A stretch of 62,431 nucleotides of DNA, counting the filler. It is 8 parts of 8 records of this genome, joined end to end, with 100 filler letters (N's around TTAATTAATTAA, not from the genome) between each part and the next. Parts side by side here need not be neighbours in the genome. Positions count along the whole stretch, not along the records: positions 19,366 to 24,627 come from SRR7504441_1704; positions 24,728 to 28,291 come from SRR7504441_1708; positions 28,392 to 34,815 come from SRR7504441_1709; positions 34,916 to 39,802 come from SRR7504441_1712; 4 more parts are not named here. One strand, 5' to 3'. Below are positions 19,685 through 37,605 of the stretch, piece by piece. Every line of letters begins with the position of its first letter. The stretch's first letter is position 1. Position numbers and translations under genes: made by a program. The notes under the pieces are model-generated. The model was given only the letters and a program-made list of their open reading frames with translations. It was not told the origin of the DNA and did no database searches.

Positions 19685-22600
19685 TTACGCGCCGGCCTGA
19701 GGCTTGCTCTTAGAAGCAAACAAAAGCTTCAAATCCCCTATCTTCTCTTGTCTTTGCTCGTCCTTTGAGGTTGCCAAAGCGCCGCTCACCAGCGTCTGTT
19801 TCTTGTCTTGAATGAGCAACATGTTCTCTTCAACCGTGTCCTCTACGATAAATCTCTTAACATAGACTTTCTTCTCCTGCCCAATCCTGTGCACTCTATT
19901 GAGCGCCTGAAGCTCCACAGCCGGATTCCACCAGGGATCCATCATATACACATAGTTGGCAGCCACTAGATTGAGTCCCACTCCGCCGGCCTGCAATAAG
20001 GCTCATGCAATTGAGTTGGTTGGCGAGGCTACCTTGAGCGAGAGAAGAATCGCCCGCACCTTTGGGTCTGAGTTGAACTGTGCCAGCACTTGCTCACGTT
20101 GGGCTTGAGAGAGCGAGCCATCCAGCCGGACAAACTTGATCCCCGATTCCTCGAGTGGCACTTTGAGCAGATCTAGAAAGGCCGTAAACTGGCTGAATAT
20201 CACGCACTTGCACCCAGCAGGCAGCTGGCTGAGCTCTTTCAAAAGCGCGTCCACTTTGCAGCTGCTCTGCCACTTGGCCTTGACGTCTACGGTGAACCGA
20301 CTCTTGCTGGGCATTGTGAGGATCTGGTCGCTGGTCATTGGCTGCCGACAAACGGGGCACGCAGCCCCAAGCTTGCTCTGATGCATCGATGCCAGCAGAC
20401 ACTCTCTGCACATCGTGTGCGCACATGGCGTGAGCACAGGATCCTCACACAATTCGAGGCAAATCGGGCACTCTTGGGCCTCAGCTTGGTTGATTTGAGC
20501 ATGGACCTCGTTCACAAACCCCGCCGTGGGCGCTGCCTCAGTTTTGTTGATGAAGCAGCTCAGTAGCTTGTCTAAATCTAAATATTTGGAGGTATCCGAC
20601 CGGCTCATTGTCAAGAAGGGATGATCGCAAGCTTGCCTCAGCCGGAGCAGCAGCTCGAGCACAGTGGCATAGTTGCTCAGCACCTTGCCCGTGGCCACAT
20701 ACGTGTCGAACTTGGTCTTTGACCGCTGGTGCAGTGCTTGGTAAAAGTCAGCTTCGTGTGAGGATGGTTGCAGACGAACTATATCCACCTGCCTCGACGG
20801 TAGCTGAACAATTGGCTTGCCATCCTCCCCGAGCGTGGTCTTACTCCGACGGAGCAGCAGCGGCAGCAGCACCCCACGCAGCGTATCCAGCGCCTGTGTG
20901 TGTGTGTCAGGCTCTTGGAAAGGCCGGCCGATGGTCTTGGTCCACCATGCGAAGTGGTTGTAAGGCTCGACTTGCAGGAACTTGATCAACGAGAAGAGAT
21001 CGTCCAGTTGGTTCTGGATTGGAGTCCCAGTGACCACCCAGCGGGCCCGGGCGGCAAGCTTGCACGCAGCTTTGGCGTTGTTACTGCCAGCATTCTTGAT
21101 GTTGTGCCCTGCAGCGGCAGACAATAGCTCACTAACGTCAAACAGGCGAGCAGCCTAACCCTAACCCTAAAGCTCACTAACGTCAAACAGGCGAGCAGCA
21201 TGCAACTACCTTCGTCCAGCAGCACACGCCACCATTCCAACTGCAAAAGAGGCCCCGAGCCCGGAAGCTCGTCGTGGCCTGCGGCCTCGGAGGCCAGCAC
21301 GCCATATGTTGTGATGACCAGGTCGGCTTCGCGTAGCTGTGCGCTGCTCCGTGTTCTATTGGGTCCGTAATGCACAACCACTCTTAGGGCTTGGCTGCTC
21401 CTGATGTGCGCAGCGCACTCTGCTGCCCAGTGCCCAAGAAGCGACATTGGGGCCACCACCAGCGTGGCCCCGGTCGGCTTGAGCCCCGACGAGCTGCTGA
21501 GCAAGGCTTTGCTGGGCGGCTCGCAGCTTGCCACCAGCGCTAGCATCATCACAGTCTTGCCCAAGCCCATCTCGTCAGCCAGTATCCCTCCCTGACACGG
21601 CTCTGCAGCGTGAGGAAACTCAAGAGAAAGCTCGCCGGTGTGCGTATTGCAATAAAACTTCTCATCGTCCTCCGGGAACTGGCAAGCAGTCCACAACGGA
21701 TGCAGCTTCCGCCTGTTCTTACCACTCTGGTCGCTGTTGAGCCCCGCTTCTCGCTCCGCCATCCAGTGAAGCGCCTGCTTCTGATAGCGGTGCAGCTTGC
21801 TAAGGAACTTTGGCCCGGGCTCTCGCTCTGCCAGTCGGCTATCCGCCTCACTCGCCTCCTGCCCGAGCAGCCCTTCCAGATCAAACCCGTCGCCCTCCTC
21901 GCCGCAATCATCCTGCTCTTCCGGCTCCTCTATCCCACTCTCCAGCCCAGAAGGCGCCTCTACGTGTCCGAGCAAGTGCAGCAGTCGCACCATGGCGTCG
22001 CGTAGCGGCAGCAGCCGATCTGAGTCTCTGCGGAGCGCCTGCTTGCTCCCGAGTTCGAGCGCTGCCCGGCAAAGGAAAACTTTGACCTGCAGCAGCACTG
22101 TGCACCTGCAGAGCTGGTCAGAGTGCGCCTGGTCGCCAGAGCCACCCAATTTGAAGCTGATCCAGCCCAGCGGCGCAGAATGCCTCCACGTGCACCAGCT
22201 GATTGAGCATGAGTGGTGTGATCATGCTTGCAAGCTCAGAAGGTAGCCGGCCTATCTCAGCTCCGTCCTGCTCATAGGTCAGGCCCAGCAGCTCTGGCCA
22301 GCCCGTACCGCCGCCGCAAACCGCAGGATGGCCGGTTGCTGGAGCGCCTTGCTCGCCTTTCCAAACCGCTTCTTCGCCTTGGCCTGCGGGCAGATCACAG
22401 CTGGGCATCAGAGGGAGTCACCGGCTGGGCGCGAGAGACTTTGAGCAGCACCCGATCGCCCGGCCGGAAGCGGCAGCTGCCGCGGGTGGTCGAGTACCCG
22501 CGCACACCGCCGGGCACGATTCCGAAATGCACCGGCCATCTCAGCCCTGTGGCCGGCTCTTCGGCTCCCGAGCCAGCAGGCGGGAGCTGCTCCACGGCAG

Positions 22601-23185
22601 CAGCCGGCTGCCTTACTCTCAGAGCGACTGGCGCTGGTTCCTCGGCCGCGGGCTGCTCCACTGCCACCGCCGGCTGCGGGTCCGCCGGGACAGGGGGGGC
22701 CTCGGGCTCTGGAGCGTGCACGGCCTGTTGGGCCGGGCCGGGGGCACGCTGCGGGCCGGACGGACTGGCGAGCTGCTGAAGTCGACGCAATTCTCGGCGT
22801 GCTGCTGCAGGAAAGCCACGAATATCTGCCTGTTGCATATAGGGCACGGCAGAAATCGGCTGCCCTGCTCCGGTTCCTTGGACGGCCTGGCCGCTTTGGC
22901 GAACGGGCCCACCCGGTGCAGCACGTTGCTCCCACCGCCATTGGCCGGGGCCACCGGCTTGGACCGCGGCTGGCCCGGGGTCTCGTGCCTGGGCTGCGCC
23001 GGAGCCTCGGGCGGCGCGCTGGCTCGGCGGCGCTTGGGGGCGCTCTCCTCGTGCCAATCGTCGGACGACTCGGCCGCGGCGTCGGGCTGCTGCTGGAAGT
23101 CGTCGTCGTCGTCTGAAGAATCGTCGATCACCACGGTAGCCGCTGCGGGGGGCGGCTGCTGCCTCCGCCTTCGAGGCCTGTCCAT
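19685..23185 (-). CDS. RAD5: RAD5/HLTF-type SNF2 helicase-RING E3 ligase (UBZ, HIRAN, SNF2, RING, HelicC)
   Basis: CPICN...[55 protein letters not shown]...PCAH..C..C, FSQFT, GLNL..AN...MDPWWNPA. Several introns. Confidence 0.9.
21126..21199. repeat. Interstitial telomeric insert (CTAACCCTAACCCTAA, 21155-21170) between two identical 29-nt direct repeats, in RAD5 intron 21109-21209
   Basis: AGCTCACTAACGTCAAACAGGCGAGCAGC at 21126-21154 and 21171-21199. Confidence 0.9.
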
Positions 23186-23645
23186 CTTCAAATCGTCTGG
23201 ACCCGCCAGTCAAGGTTGCGAGGTTGTGTGAGAGGTTGCGAGTGTCATCATTGAATCAATCATCAATTGATGCGATCAATGTCGAATCATTGAGCTGTGA
23301 TTGGCGTGTCTTACCCATAACCAAGGATTTCTATCGATATCGATATCTAGTGGCATTTACCCGGTCCACCCTCTGTGACTGGCCGACTTATGGAACCGAT
23401 TGGCTCTCACTCGTCCTATGAGTATTAAATTTTAACAATTGACGCGACAGGATCCTATCATTTTGAGATCGTCATATTGCTCGTATGGATTACATGACAT
23501 TATATATAGTGTTCGGCCTTGTTGCAGCCGTACCAGTACCGTATATTTGCACGAGGCCACGAACTAGACGGAGTACCGGTACATGAGCATGACTGTAATG
23601 GTACAAATGGTTCCACGGTGTGCACTAGCCTGCATGGTCACGCAA

Positions 23646-24627
23646 TCACAAGTCCTCCTCCTGCTCAGTCTCCTTGCCACACTGCACACCAGCTCACTCG
23701 CAGCTCGGCCGGTCACAAACCGTCGCGTTCACAAACTTCTGAATGTTCCGGAGCCGCACCTCTGTCTCCGCCCGCGGCCCGATCAGGTAGGCGCTGCCGC
23801 CAGCTTAGCGCATGGCCAGCGGGAGCGCTCACATGCTGCTAGACTTCTTGCCTTCCCGCTTCAAATACCTGTCGTTAGCTGCTGAGGGCCAGCGGCAGTG
23901 GACTCACCGCATCTCTACCATCCGCTTGAGAAAGGCCTCGCACTCGGGTTTATTAAAATCGAAGTGCTCCTGCATCGTCCTCTCGAGCTGCTCTGTCCCC
24001 GGGCCTCTGTGCTGCCGGCCGTCTCTCGTACCGGCCGGCATTGGCTCTTCCTCCGATCCACACCAAACAATCGAAAGCACGATCAGTAGCTTGCCCAGCT
24101 CCTCCTTGGTGGCCTGCCCACCAACTTGGCAGTGCCTGGTCGCGCAGGCACCTCCGACCACGGCAGAAGCTCCTGTACCATGCTTTGGGGCGCCTGGTTC
24201 ACCAGGACGTAGCTGCACGCACAGCCTCGCCACCGGCGTTGGGGTCAGCTTACGTGCAGGCGCTGTCGTCGATCGACTGGACGTCCAGCATGAACGTGCT
24301 CATCAGCATTTGCTTGGCCAACTCCATCACTTGAGGGAACACGCTGCGGCGGCCCTGGCACCACCGCGTCGCCCGCAGCCAAGCCGGGCGAGCTGCCTTA
24401 TACTCGGCGAGGGTGTCCTCGATGATCCGTTTCTTTGTGCACGGTTTGCTCGCCTGGGCCGTGAAGAGCAGGTAACGGGCCAGCTTGGAGGCCAGCGCTT
24501 GGGCCTCCTGCAGCCCCCCGCTGTTCGCGCCCCGGCTGGGGGCGCTGACCGAGGCGGGCAGCTCGGACGGATTGGCGGCCGCAGGCTCAGCGGCGGGCTG
24601 GTCGACCACCTAGAGGCCGGGCGGCTC
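23646..24627 (-). CDS. NSE3: NSE3/MAGE-family SMC5/6 subunit (spliced; 5' end may be truncated)
   Basis: KLARYLLF...KPCTKKRI, VFPQVMELAKQMLMSTF, GKLLIVLSIVW, FLKRMVEMR/YL, GPRAETEV. Confidence 0.7.
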
Positions 24628-24746
24628 NNNNNNNNNNNNNNNNNNNNNNNNNNNNNNNNNNNNNNNNNNNNTTAATTAATTAANNNNNNNNNNNNNNNNN
24701 NNNNNNNNNNNNNNNNNNNNNNNNNNNGTGCCGCAGCCGGTGCTGG

Positions 24747-25763
24747 GTGGTGGCGGTGGCGGTGGTGGCGGTGCTGGTGGTCGGTTCGGTGCTGGTCCTG
24801 CGCGCCCAGCCACCCCCGGCCCGTCCCCGGACCAGGACCGCCCAGCAGAGACAGCAGCGCCGGGTGGCGCGGCCGGCCCCTTGCGCGCTGGCCCAGGATC
24901 CGGCCCCCGTGCCCAACCAGGAGTCAGTGCCCTGCCTGGAGCAGCTGCCAGTGCGCGCGTCCAGCCCGGGGCGGTGCGGCCTGCGACTCTTTTTGGTCCC
25001 GTCGTACCCGACCTCGGGTAATCAGCTGATACAGGCAATGTTTCAGGCCGGCACTGGCTGGGCCAGCGCCAGTGTCTACTGCACCCCCACCCGGCAGAGG
25101 CTGCTCTCCCACGGCCCCGTGAGGGTCTGGACGGATCATCTGGCCAAGATCAAGAAGGGCGGGCTGCGTGTGGCTCTCGGGGACGGGGCAACACTGGTGA
25201 AAACTCACTACCCTACCAACGCCAAGGCCGTAGATCCGGTACATTTGGCGTACCCGGAGTTTGCTCAACTCGCAGTGACCCGGGGCGTGGTGCGTTTGGT
25301 CCGAAACCCGGGCGATCAGCTGCTGCGGAACGTGGTGCGATGGAAGAAAGGCCGAGACTGCGACACGGCGTGCTTCAAGCAGAGGGCGCAGAGGCACTGC
25401 AGCGTGGCCCACCTTGACGTCCGGCGATGGCTCAAGTTTCACGACTTCTGGTCGAAGTTCAACTCGAGCGTTCCGAGACTGTTGGTTCACTATGAGCGTG
25501 CCACCGACCCAGCTCAAGCAGCAGACGTGGCTCGGGGGCTGTTTCAGTTCACAGGCGAACTCGAGCGAGCTGACCTCGACAGGGCAGTCGCGGTCATACG
25601 TGACCACCCGTATCGGCACGGGGCGATTGTGCGTGAGGTCTGCGGCAAGGATGTAGCAAGGGCGGTGCACAAGGCCACGGCTACGACCTCCGCTAGGCTA
25701 GGGTACAAGTTTGATGACGTGGAGGCCGTGTGGGAGGTCGGAGGTGTCGCCACCTCAGCATGA
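24747..25763 (+). CDS. Membrane-anchored sulfotransferase (WSCD-like)
   Basis: TM anchor; PSYPTSGN 5'-PSB loop, SVY, VKTHYP, LVRNPGD, LVHYE. Start uncertain at the contig edge. Confidence 0.7.
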   Translation: MVAVAVVAVLVVGSVLVLRAQPPPARPRTRTAQQRQQRRVARPAPCALAQDPAPVPNQESVPCLEQLPVRASSPGRCGLRLFLVPSYPTSGNQLIQAMFQAGTGWASASVYCTPTRQRLLSHGPVRVWTDHLAKIKKGGLRVALGDGATLVKTHYPTNAKAVDPVHLAYPEFAQLAVTRGVVRLVRNPGDQLLRNVVRWKKGRDCDTACFKQRAQRHCSVAHLDVRRWLKFHDFWSKFNSSVPRLLVHYERATDPAQAADVARGLFQFTGELERADLDRAVAVIRDHPYRHGAIVREVCGKDVARAVHKATATTSARLGYKFDDVEAVWEVGGVATSA

Positions 25764-25882
25764 CCAATAAAAATCTAATAGATACATGCAGTACTCTATG
25801 TTAGGTGCACGAGCATACATATGTACATATCAGAGCTCTGTATAATTAATATATACTTGACAATAATAAATTATGCGTGTAC

Positions 25883-27310
25883 CTACCGTATAAGCTGAGC
25901 CAGGTCGACCTTGCACAGCTGGCAGCCGCCGATCAGCTCTTCGGGCAGCTCCTCCTCCTCCTCGCCTTCGACCAATAGCCCTATATCCACCACCTGTGCC
26001 CCCTCACGTCGTGCTACTTCTGGCCTCACCAGCGACTTGGAGCAGCGCAGCGCGATGTCCGTCAACCGGCTGGCCATCCCAGAGCTGTTTGCCCTGGGTG
26101 CAGCCACATCCATGCACACCACAAACTGGTGGTCGCCCTCCTCGTACCACTGGTGCTGCTGCAGCTTCTTCCCGGGCACCGCTGGCCGCTCGCCTATCAG
26201 CCTCGCTACCGGCTGCACAACAAACGGTGCTTTGCGGACCCGGGCAATCATCTTAAACTTGCGGTCACGCAGGCCCTTGCGCGCTCCGCGGAACCGCTCC
26301 CATCCGAGGCCTCTGAATGGTCTGTGCTGGCAAAAGTATAGTCCGAGCGTGACAGCGCCAGCTATGAACTTGACACCGAAAATAAACGGGCGAGGCTCGC
26401 CAGCCCAGTCATGCGCAGCAACCTGCCCGGGAATCAGCTAACGCCTGGCGCCTTGCTGCCTGCCGCACGAAAGAGTCGCAGTCGCCGCCCTTTGGCGTGA
26501 TTTGGGCGCACACAGGACGCATCGCGGCGCACGCATCAGCCACTTTGACCTGCCCAACAGCGCTCAGTCACCGCCCTCGCGCCGCCCTCGCACCTTGGTT
26601 CGGTCCCGCCGGTAGTTTGGCCCCCGGAGGCTGAAGCTGCCTCCAAGCTCTCGCCAGCAGTGCGTCTGGTTTGGCCGGGAGGCCTGCGCCAGCCGACCCA
26701 CCCCGCCGGCCGCCAGCCCCCGCAGCATTTCAAGCACCGCTGGACTGCATTCGCCCTCGCCGCACAGCGCCCCCAGCGCCGGGGTGGCCCAGCGAACCAG
26801 CTGGGCGTGCTCCGAGCCCACGCGCTTCAGGTCACGTCTCAGGCCACTGGCCAACTGACCAGCCGAGCGCACCCGCACCAGCTGCTCGCGACGCGAGGCC
26901 GCTCGAACAAGCTGCGGCGAGGGGGGCCAGCTCGCGTGCCGGGCCAGCGCAGCCCGAACCGGCGCCTCCTCGGGCGGTGCGGCCATTCGGCGCTGGGCTG
27001 CTAGGTTACGCTGGACCCGACCAGGGTCGTTCAGTAGCTCAAGCGCGAGGCCAAGCCGGCGCTCGACCGATGAGCGCCATCCACGCAGCGCCACCGCTGC
27101 GGCCTTGGGGCCCTTGCGGACGGCCAGCCGCTGGAAGTGCTCGGACCACTCATCAGCGTCGAGCACCCGATTGCAGTCCCGGTCCAGGCTGCCGAAGAAC
27201 CGGGCGCGCTGGTGCGGATGACCGTAGAGCATGCCCAGCTCGCACGGCTCGAGCCCGCCGCTCCGGTCCTGGTCTAGCAGATCAAACAGCTCTGCCGCCT
27301 CCTGCTCCAT
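25883..27310 (-). CDS. EF-hand + EDR2 C-terminal (DUF1336) protein (spliced)
   Basis: DQDRSGGLEPCEL and DRDCNRVLDADEW EF-hands; FSLRGPNY..DRTKV, RFKMI, VVDIGLLVEGEEEEELPEELIG. Confidence 0.75.
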
Positions 27311-27425
27311 GGGCGGTTGTGGTACCGGTGTCCTCAATCTTGCCGTTTCTCGGGACCGGGAGCCGCGCTGAATCCGCTGAATCCGCGGGGCCTGGCCTCA
27401 GGCCAAATGACATCCCGCTGATTAC

Positions 27426-28291
27426 ATGGAGGAGGAGGCATCTCCCGCTGGGGCCCAATGGGTGCTGGCAGTGCACTGCGGGGCCGGATGCCACGCCGAG
27501 GACAAATCGGCAGAGTACCGCGACATTATGCGGCAGGCCTGCGCCCGGGCCGGCAAGCACCTCGCGGCCGGCGGGTCGGCTGTTGACGCGGTCACGATTG
27601 CGATCGCGGCACTCGAGGATTCGGGGCTGGTCAACGCGGGCGCCGGGTCCAACCTGGGCTGGGACGGCCGGGTGGAGGCCGACGCTGCAGTGGTGGATGC
27701 GGCCTCAGGTGCGGCAGCCGGTGAGCCGGCGGCCAGCTGTGTGGGCAGCCGGGTTCGGCGCGGTAGGGGCGGCGCCCGGGCTGATCAACCCGATCTGCGC
27801 TGCTCGCAAGATACTCGAGGACGAGTGCTCCGGGGTGCCGATGCCGTTGGGGCTTGTCCGGCCGCTGCTGCTGGTGGGAGTGGGGGCCCGGGACTGGGCA
27901 GCGGCCCGCGGGGTGCCGGTGCACTCGGATCCGGCGGCCGCGGTCAGCCCGGGGGCCCTGAAGAGCTGGGAGATGTGGCGGGGCAAGATGGTGCAGGCTG
28001 CGCAGATGGAGCGCGACGTGATGGGCGGGCTTAGCTCTGAGCAGATGACGCAGGAAAGGCTGGACACAGTCGGAGCAATTGCAATAGACACTCTAGGTGC
28101 CGGCCGACTGTGCACTGGCAGTTCACACTAGGCAGGCCACGTGGCGGCGGGCGCCTCCAGCGGGGGATTGCTGCTGAAACAGTACGGGGGCAGGCTGTGG
28201 TGTCTGACTGGCTTGGTAGCGCTGGACGGGTCGGGGCATCGGCCTGTTTCGGCTGTGGCTGCTGGGCAATGCAACCCTCTGGCGCAAGCCC
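27426..28291 (+). CDS. TASP1: Threonine aspartase (taspase-1, Ntn asparaginase-2 family), 3' truncated
   Basis: AVHCGAG, LEDSGLVNAGAGSNL, INPI, autocleavage LD/TVGA, AGASSGG. Confidence 0.8.
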
Positions 28292-28715
28292 NNNNNNNNN
28301 NNNNNNNNNNNNNNNNNNNNNNNNNNNNNNNNNNNTTAATTAATTAANNNNNNNNNNNNNNNNNNNNNNNNNNNNNNNNNNNNNNNNNNNNAGCCCGGTG
28401 ACCGGTGACTGAGGCTAGCCGGGGCCCGGTCTCCACCTGACACTGTCAGCTGGCTCCGTTACTTTCGGTAACCGACGACCTAGACCAAAATCGACCGAGA
28501 TTCTTATTATGAACACATGATCAATTTTGCGCAGCCTTAAATATAACTGAGTAGTCTAGTTTTAAGTTAACTTAGTTCAAGGTAATTAAGGGAGTGATCA
28601 GTCATAGATCAGTCATGTATGTTCTTACTGAGCTACATAGTCAGTCAGTAAGCGTTGATATCAATTAAAACGCCGGCTTGGTTTCGTCACCAAGTAGGAA
28701 GAGAGGAATCTGTGG

Positions 28716-34788
<6,073 letters not shown>

Positions 34789-34932
34789 GGCTCAACAAGT
34801 GTGCGTGGCAGCAGTNNNNNNNNNNNNNNNNNNNNNNNNNNNNNNNNNNNNNNNNNNNNTTAATTAATTAANNNNNNNNNNNNNNNNNNNNNNNNNNNNN
34901 NNNNNNNNNNNNNNNGTACGCCCCAACCTCGA

Positions 34933-34977
34933 CTGCCGCTAGCCCCTGCCGCTAGCCCCTGCCGCTAGCTCCTGCCG
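34933..34977. repeat. 13-bp tandem repeat (CTGCCGCTAGCCC), ~3.5 copies
   Basis: Read directly at the contig start. Confidence 0.8.
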
Positions 34978-35065
34978 TGAGAAGCTCTCAAACGACAGCT
35001 TCGCTGGAAACCACAATATCAGGCGTTGGGCGAGTGCCCCACAGCCGCCGAGTGCGTTTGTCCGC

Positions 35066-36021
35066 ATGGAGGTGCCGTCGGCGGAGTGGGTGGCCGAGCG
35101 GCTGTGGCCGGAGCTGCGCCGACGGCTCGGGCGCTCCCGGTGCGCGGCGGCCGAGCCTACGATCAGCGGGGGGGCAGCCGGGCCAATGTCGTGCAGTGCG
35201 ACAGCAGCACTCTCGAGCAGCTTGCCGAGGCCGCTCCTCAGCTGCTGGCGCGTCATCCAGGGCTAGCAGAGCAGCTGTTCTGGGGCTGGTGCGCGCTTGA
35301 GCTCCATGCCGGCCGGCTGGTGTGCCCGCCACTCATGGGGAAGCTGCTGCCGACGGGGACGCGCGACGAGCTGGTGCTGCGGGCGCCGGGCTACGCTGAA
35401 CTGGAGCGAGCTGTCTGCCGACACGGCGGGCTGGGGCTGTACGAGATGATCCATGGGGTCGGCTTCCGTGAACCCGATCTCGGGCTGCTGCTGCAGCGCG
35501 GATCGCTCCAGCAGAGTGGCACGGTGCACCCGGCGGTGTGGCTCCGGGCTAGGGCCGGGCAGGTGGTGCCGGCCCCACGGCCATTTCTTTGCCCAAATAG
35601 CTGCCACAAGAACGTGGTGGGGTACTGGTTCAGCCACCCGTCGGCCGAGGTGATCAGTGGATATGCGCTGATGCCCAATCAGCTGTGGTGCTCCCACTCA
35701 TGGATCTGCGACGAAGGCCGGCTTGTCGAGACCACCTGTGGCGAGCATGAGCCAGGCTTTCTCAAGTACTGGGGGGCGCCGCTGCCTGGGTGTCGGGTGG
35801 TCCAGTTGTTCAGGACGCACGCGATGCTGAGCGAGTGTCCCGGGGTTGACCGGATGAGCTCAGCAGACGATCTGTTAGGGGTGATTGGTAGTCCGCTGCA
35901 CAGGGCGGCGTGCGGACGTGCTGGGTTGGATTGGGAGGAGCACGGCCCGTGCCACGAGCGGGTGTGGCGTGGGTGCAAGTTAGAAGACAATGAATGCTCA
36001 GTAGAGCCTTGTTATAATTAG
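35066..36021 (+). CDS. Hypothetical protein with papain/transglutaminase-like C-H-E motifs
   Basis: EPDL..LLQRG, NSCHKN, SGYAL...LWCSHSW, RLVETT, YWG. Probable intron 35140-35177. Confidence 0.55.
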
Positions 36022-36326
36022 GACGGATAATTATAAACATTAGATCTAGTAATCTAGCAGTTGTCACGGACCTAGTTACATCATTCTACTCATACACTCA
36101 TACATGCACATGTATTCCTCGTGAAGTAGGGGCGTTTATCTCGCCTTTGTTAAGACATTAACTTAATCAAGGATGTGACTCTAGAGGGTGTGACATGGCC
36201 AGGTCCATCTCCTCTCGGAGGAACCCTAAACCTCCCTGTAGCTAACCATCGTAAAGAGACCAACCGCTCGTTCTTGCAAACGGGCTAGGTTTGCTGCTCC
36301 AGGCTGCAAGTAACCACTTGCGTGAT

Positions 36327-37484
36327 TCACCAACCACGGCACCGTTCCCATTGGTCGACCACCGTAGAGTCATCTTTGAGCTGCTTGTCGTCCACAACAA
36401 ACAGCGCCGCGTGCTGGTGCGCCGCCGCGCAGCTGTGGTAAGGCACAAGCTGCAGCATCGATCCGACTGGATACTTTTCGAAATCAACCGGCGACCCATC
36501 CGCAGTTGACACCTCGCCTGCCTCCTGCTTAAGGTTTTGTATCTGCAGCCCCGAGCCGTACAGATCCCGATCGCGCGGTGTCCCCAGCGGCCAGATCGCG
36601 CCATACTGGTGCTCGCTGCCCTGAGCGGAGCATCCTGTCCATCCCATATCGATCAGCAGAGTATTTGAACTAGGGTACTGTCCAACAACTCGGGTGACCA
36701 CTCGTATCCCGACGTCTTCCAGCGAGCCGCAGCTGCCGTACTTGTGCTGCATCCAGTCCATAAAGATGTAATTGCCCGGGTGCAGCTGGGTCACACCAGG
36801 CAGCCCCGCCTCAGGAGGGTTGCACGCGGTTGGCGTCGACCCAACCCCCACACACGGCAGCACCAGCCCCAAAGTGTCCGTTATCCTGCCCGCCAGCCGG
36901 GTCGTGGCGGCCCGCTCCTGCTCGGCTACCGCCTGCACCTCTGCCGCCCCACCGGCCCCGTATGAGTGCCCCCCGTGCGTATACACTCCATACAACTCGG
37001 CCGCTGGATGCTCGTGCACTCTACTGGCAAGCTCCATCGCCAGCGACGAGTCTGGGTCCACCCCGTCGCGCCGGTACCCGCAGTCCACCATCAGCACTAC
37101 GCTCCAGTCAATCCCGGTCCGCTCAGCGTGCCTCAGCAGCGGCTCCAGCTGGCCCCAGTGATCCACGCAGACGTGCACCGTGCTCCCGGCCCTCCGGAGC
37201 GCTGCCATCCGGTCCAGCTTGTCCGGGGTGATCGGTACTGCGTAGAGCACGTCGTCGAATCCGTTGGCCGTGAAGAACTCGGCTTCGGCCACGGTGCTCA
37301 CGCTGATCCCACCGCGCCGGCCACCGGTCTGGAGCAGCGCTCCCTGGACCGTCTTGTGGGTCTTGACGTGCGGCCGGAGGTGCACCCCCAGCCGGTCGGC
37401 CGTCTGCTGCATCCGGGCGCAGTTGCGCTCGGCCACCTGCTTGAGCACCACAGCGCACGGCGTGGCCAAGCTCGTGAGCCGCAT
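36327..37484 (-). CDS. DSD1: D-serine dehydratase / D-threonine aldolase-like PLP enzyme (fold type III)
   Basis: LRPHVKTHKT (PLP Lys), VDCGYRRDG, YTHGGHSY, GSTPT, HPGNYIFMD, KQEAG, PYHSC. Confidence 0.85.
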   Translation of the reverse strand: MRLTSLATPCAVVLKQVAERNCARMQQTADRLGVHLRPHVKTHKTVQGALLQTGGRRGGISVSTVAEAEFFTANGFDDVLYAVPITPDKLDRMAALRRAGSTVHVCVDHWGQLEPLLRHAERTGIDWSVVLMVDCGYRRDGVDPDSSLAMELASRVHEHPAAELYGVYTHGGHSYGAGGAAEVQAVAEQERAATTRLAGRITDTLGLVLPCVGVGSTPTACNPPEAGLPGVTQLHPGNYIFMDWMQHKYGSCGSLEDVGIRVVTRVVGQYPSSNTLLIDMGWTGCSAQGSEHQYGAIWPLGTPRDRDLYGSGLQIQNLKQEAGEVSTADGSPVDFEKYPVGSMLQLVPYHSCAAAHQHAALFVVDDKQLKDDSTVVDQWERCRGW

Positions 37485-37605
37485 TTTGCCGCCACACACC
37501 TTCCACCCACCCGTGATCCGTGTTTTTCCGTTGCTGCACGTTGACACGTTGCACCGGAAGAGTTCATCTGGTGGAGCCACTGGGCCAGCCCCACTCGTTC
37601 ATCAA

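Noticed and set aside
34933-34977. 13-bp tandem repeat as a regulatory or mobile-element end
   Set aside because: Single short occurrence at a contig edge with no second copy; listed only as a repeat.
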